Shown: positions 62,608-64,000 of the stretch, piece by piece | Position numbering within the stretch: position 1 is the first letter of the stretch | Layout: each line of letters starts with the position of its first letter | Assembly (NCBI GenBank): GCA_965197585.1 | Contig: OZ240215.1 | Coordinates: 3,136,001-3,200,000, forward strand | Length of the DNA stretch: 64,000 nt | DNA from: Dehalococcoidia bacterium | GTDB lineage: Bacteria; Chloroflexota; Dehalococcoidia; Plut-88900 | Reading direction: 5' to 3' | The notes under the pieces: generated by a model | What the model was told of the DNA's origin: nothing | What the model saw: the letters and a program-made list of their open reading frames with translations, nothing else | Databases searched by the model: none | Made by a program: the position numbers and the translations under genes

Positions 62608-62906
62608 GTGTCGTGGTTGTAGAAGATGCTGACCTCGTAGTCCTCCAGGATGGGAGGCTCGGCCCAGACGTCTCCCATGGTCTTCATCTGTTGGGCGTAG
62701 TACCCGTCCGTATTGCGCTCAATCACCTGCTCTTTGGTCTCCCACAGCGTGATTGAGAAACCCTTGCCCGTATCGGGGTTGGTCAGAAGGATCCCCATCT
62801 TGTAGCCCGGCGTCCTCTTGGAATTCTCAATCGACTCATCGTAACGTCTTACTGCCTCGGCGGCGGTTTCGGACGTGACCTTAAGGGTGACGACTCTCGC
62901 ATGCAT
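62604..62906 (-). CDS. ABM-like (dimeric alpha/beta barrel) small protein
   Basis: MHARV...PGYKMG.LL...TGKG.SITLWET...YEV; AGGAGG RBS before ATG 62906. Confidence 0.7.
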   Translation of the reverse strand: MHARVVTLKVTSETAAEAVRRYDESIENSKRTPGYKMGILLTNPDTGKGFSITLWETKEQVIERNTDGYYAQQMKTMGDVWAEPPILEDYEVSIFYNHDT

Positions 62907-62931
62907 GGGTGAACCTCCTGGACGTAGGTAG

Positions 62932-63030
62932 TGGCGGGAGCGGGAGGGAGTCGAACCCACCGTGGACGCCGAAGGGCGCCCACCGGACGGATTTGAAGTC
63001 CGCGGAGCCCACCGGGACCCATCCGCTCCC
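62932..63030 (-). tRNA. selC: tRNA-Sec(TCA)
   Basis: 8-bp acceptor GGGAGCGG/CCGCTCCC, anticodon loop CTTCAAA, extended D stem, long variable arm, GCCA end. Confidence 0.93.
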
Positions 63031-63059
63031 ATCCGGCGGTTGATTCTAACACAGGTCAA

Positions 63060-63103
63060 AAGGAGGCCGGGGCCCGACTCATCTGCGGGAACCCCGGCCT
63101 TCA
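63060..63103 (-). terminator. GC-rich hairpin between trxA and selC
   Basis: AGGCCGGG...CCCGGCCT stem followed on the minus strand by CCTTTT. Confidence 0.45.
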
Positions 63104-63133
63104 GGTCTTCCTGTTTGAAACCGGCGGGTGGGT

Positions 63134-63463
63134 CTAGGTCAGGACGGATTCGACCTTCTTGACCAGCTCCCGCTTCGGCACGGCCCCGACTACCGTCTCG
63201 GCAACTTCGCCGTTCTTGAAGAACATCACGGTGGGGATGCTGCGAATGCGATACCCGGTCGTGACTTCGGGGGCTTCGTCCACGTTGAGCTTGGCGAAGG
63301 TCATTTTGCCTTCGTACTCAGAGGCCAGCTCCTCCACGATGGGTGCGATCATTCGGCACGGGCCGCACCAAGGCGCCCAGAAGTCGACCAGGACGGGCAC
63401 GTCCGAGTCCAGCACTTCCTTCTGCCAACTCTCGTCTCCTACTTCTATTGGCTTCGGCATCAT
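63134..63463 (-). CDS. trxA: thioredoxin
   Basis: DFWAPWCGPC, SIPT. Confidence 0.96.
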   Translation of the reverse strand: MMPKPIEVGDESWQKEVLDSDVPVLVDFWAPWCGPCRMIAPIVEELASEYEGKMTFAKLNVDEAPEVTTGYRIRSIPTVMFFKNGEVAETVVGAVPKRELVKKVESVLT

Positions 63464-63554
63464 GTTCCTCCGGGGGTCTGAATCGGTATTTCCGGGCCAT
63501 TTTGGGCACGGTATCTACTCTTGCCAGTCAAGGAAAATTATAACACAGGCCGGG

Positions 63555-64000
63555 CTAGGGGCCCGACGGAAAGTCGGGAAACTCTGCGGCCAGGGCTTCC
63601 AGCGCGGGGCCGGATTCAGAGATTATTAGCAGAACGCGGTCCTCGTCCAGGGCCAAGTAGACACTTCGGGATTCGGAGTCCCAACGGCGGAGGCCCTCGG
63701 CGGAAGTTCTCAAGTCCAGGGATTCCTGCCCCGGGGCTTGGAAGTAGGAAATACAGGCGCCGAAAAAGTCCTGGGCATCCTCCACCGAGTCCCATGTGGA
63801 AAGTGATACCAAGGCAGACTCGTCTTGGTCGGAGTTGCGGAAAAGTGCGAAGCTGTCGCCTCCCCAGAATTCAGCGGCGTTGGCCGCCCTCGAGTCGGTG
63901 AGGCGGTTCTCCAGATAGGTGGCGATGATGAATTCCCCAAGGACCCCTTCGTCAATGGTCTCCCAGCCCGGTGCAAGGGCGGTAGTAAAGTCGGGGAGGG
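63555..64000 (-). CDS. C-terminal part of a hypothetical (probably secreted) protein, truncated by window edge
   Basis: Open frame runs off the window: ...GWETIDEGVLGEF...AAEFWGGDSF...TWDSVEDAQDF. Confidence 0.65.
   Translation of the reverse strand, partial: LPDFTTALAPGWETIDEGVLGEFIIATYLENRLTDSRAANAAEFWGGDSFALFRNSDQDESALVSLSTWDSVEDAQDFFGACISYFQAPGQESLDLRTSAEGLRRWDSESRSVYLALDEDRVLLIISESGPALEALAAEFPDFPSGP

Overview
GC-rich bacterial chromosomal window; the gene set (N-terminally extended GreA, luciferase-like monooxygenase, PT-repeat lipoprotein, TPP enzyme) suggests Chloroflexota/Dehalococcoidia (SAR202-like), which is an inference. A core backbone (glcEF, ftsH, greA, recX/recA, nadE, tag, ino1, pyrG, fsa/tal, rho, tyrA-aroA-gmk, trxA, tRNA-Ile, tRNA-Sec) is interleaved with catabolic enzymes and many small accessory modules: four toxin-antitoxin pairs plus an orphan antitoxin, a type II R-M pair, orphan HsdR-N/Mrr/DUF262 proteins, an XRE-ImmA switch facing a tiny GIY-YIG gene, two IS481 copies inserted at the same position of a REP-like palindrome, and dense REP-like repeats. 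The most striking unexplained signal is a pair of paralogous ~560-690 nt non-coding elements (about 26516-27130 and 43308-44058). Each has the same sigma70-like promoter with a LexA-like GTAC-N4-GTAC box, a conserved ~130-nt rod domain, and a long stem with compensatory changes enclosing a divergent, hairpin-rich 300-400 nt domain. Also notable: a serine-type tRNA body carrying a leucine (UAA) anticodon, a decayed duplicate of a tRNA-Ile/cassette/tauD module with a different cassette, a Cro-like HTH fused to inositol-1-phosphate synthase, and a 6S-like RNA candidate upstream of pyrG. All calls are by eye; no searches or folding programs were run.
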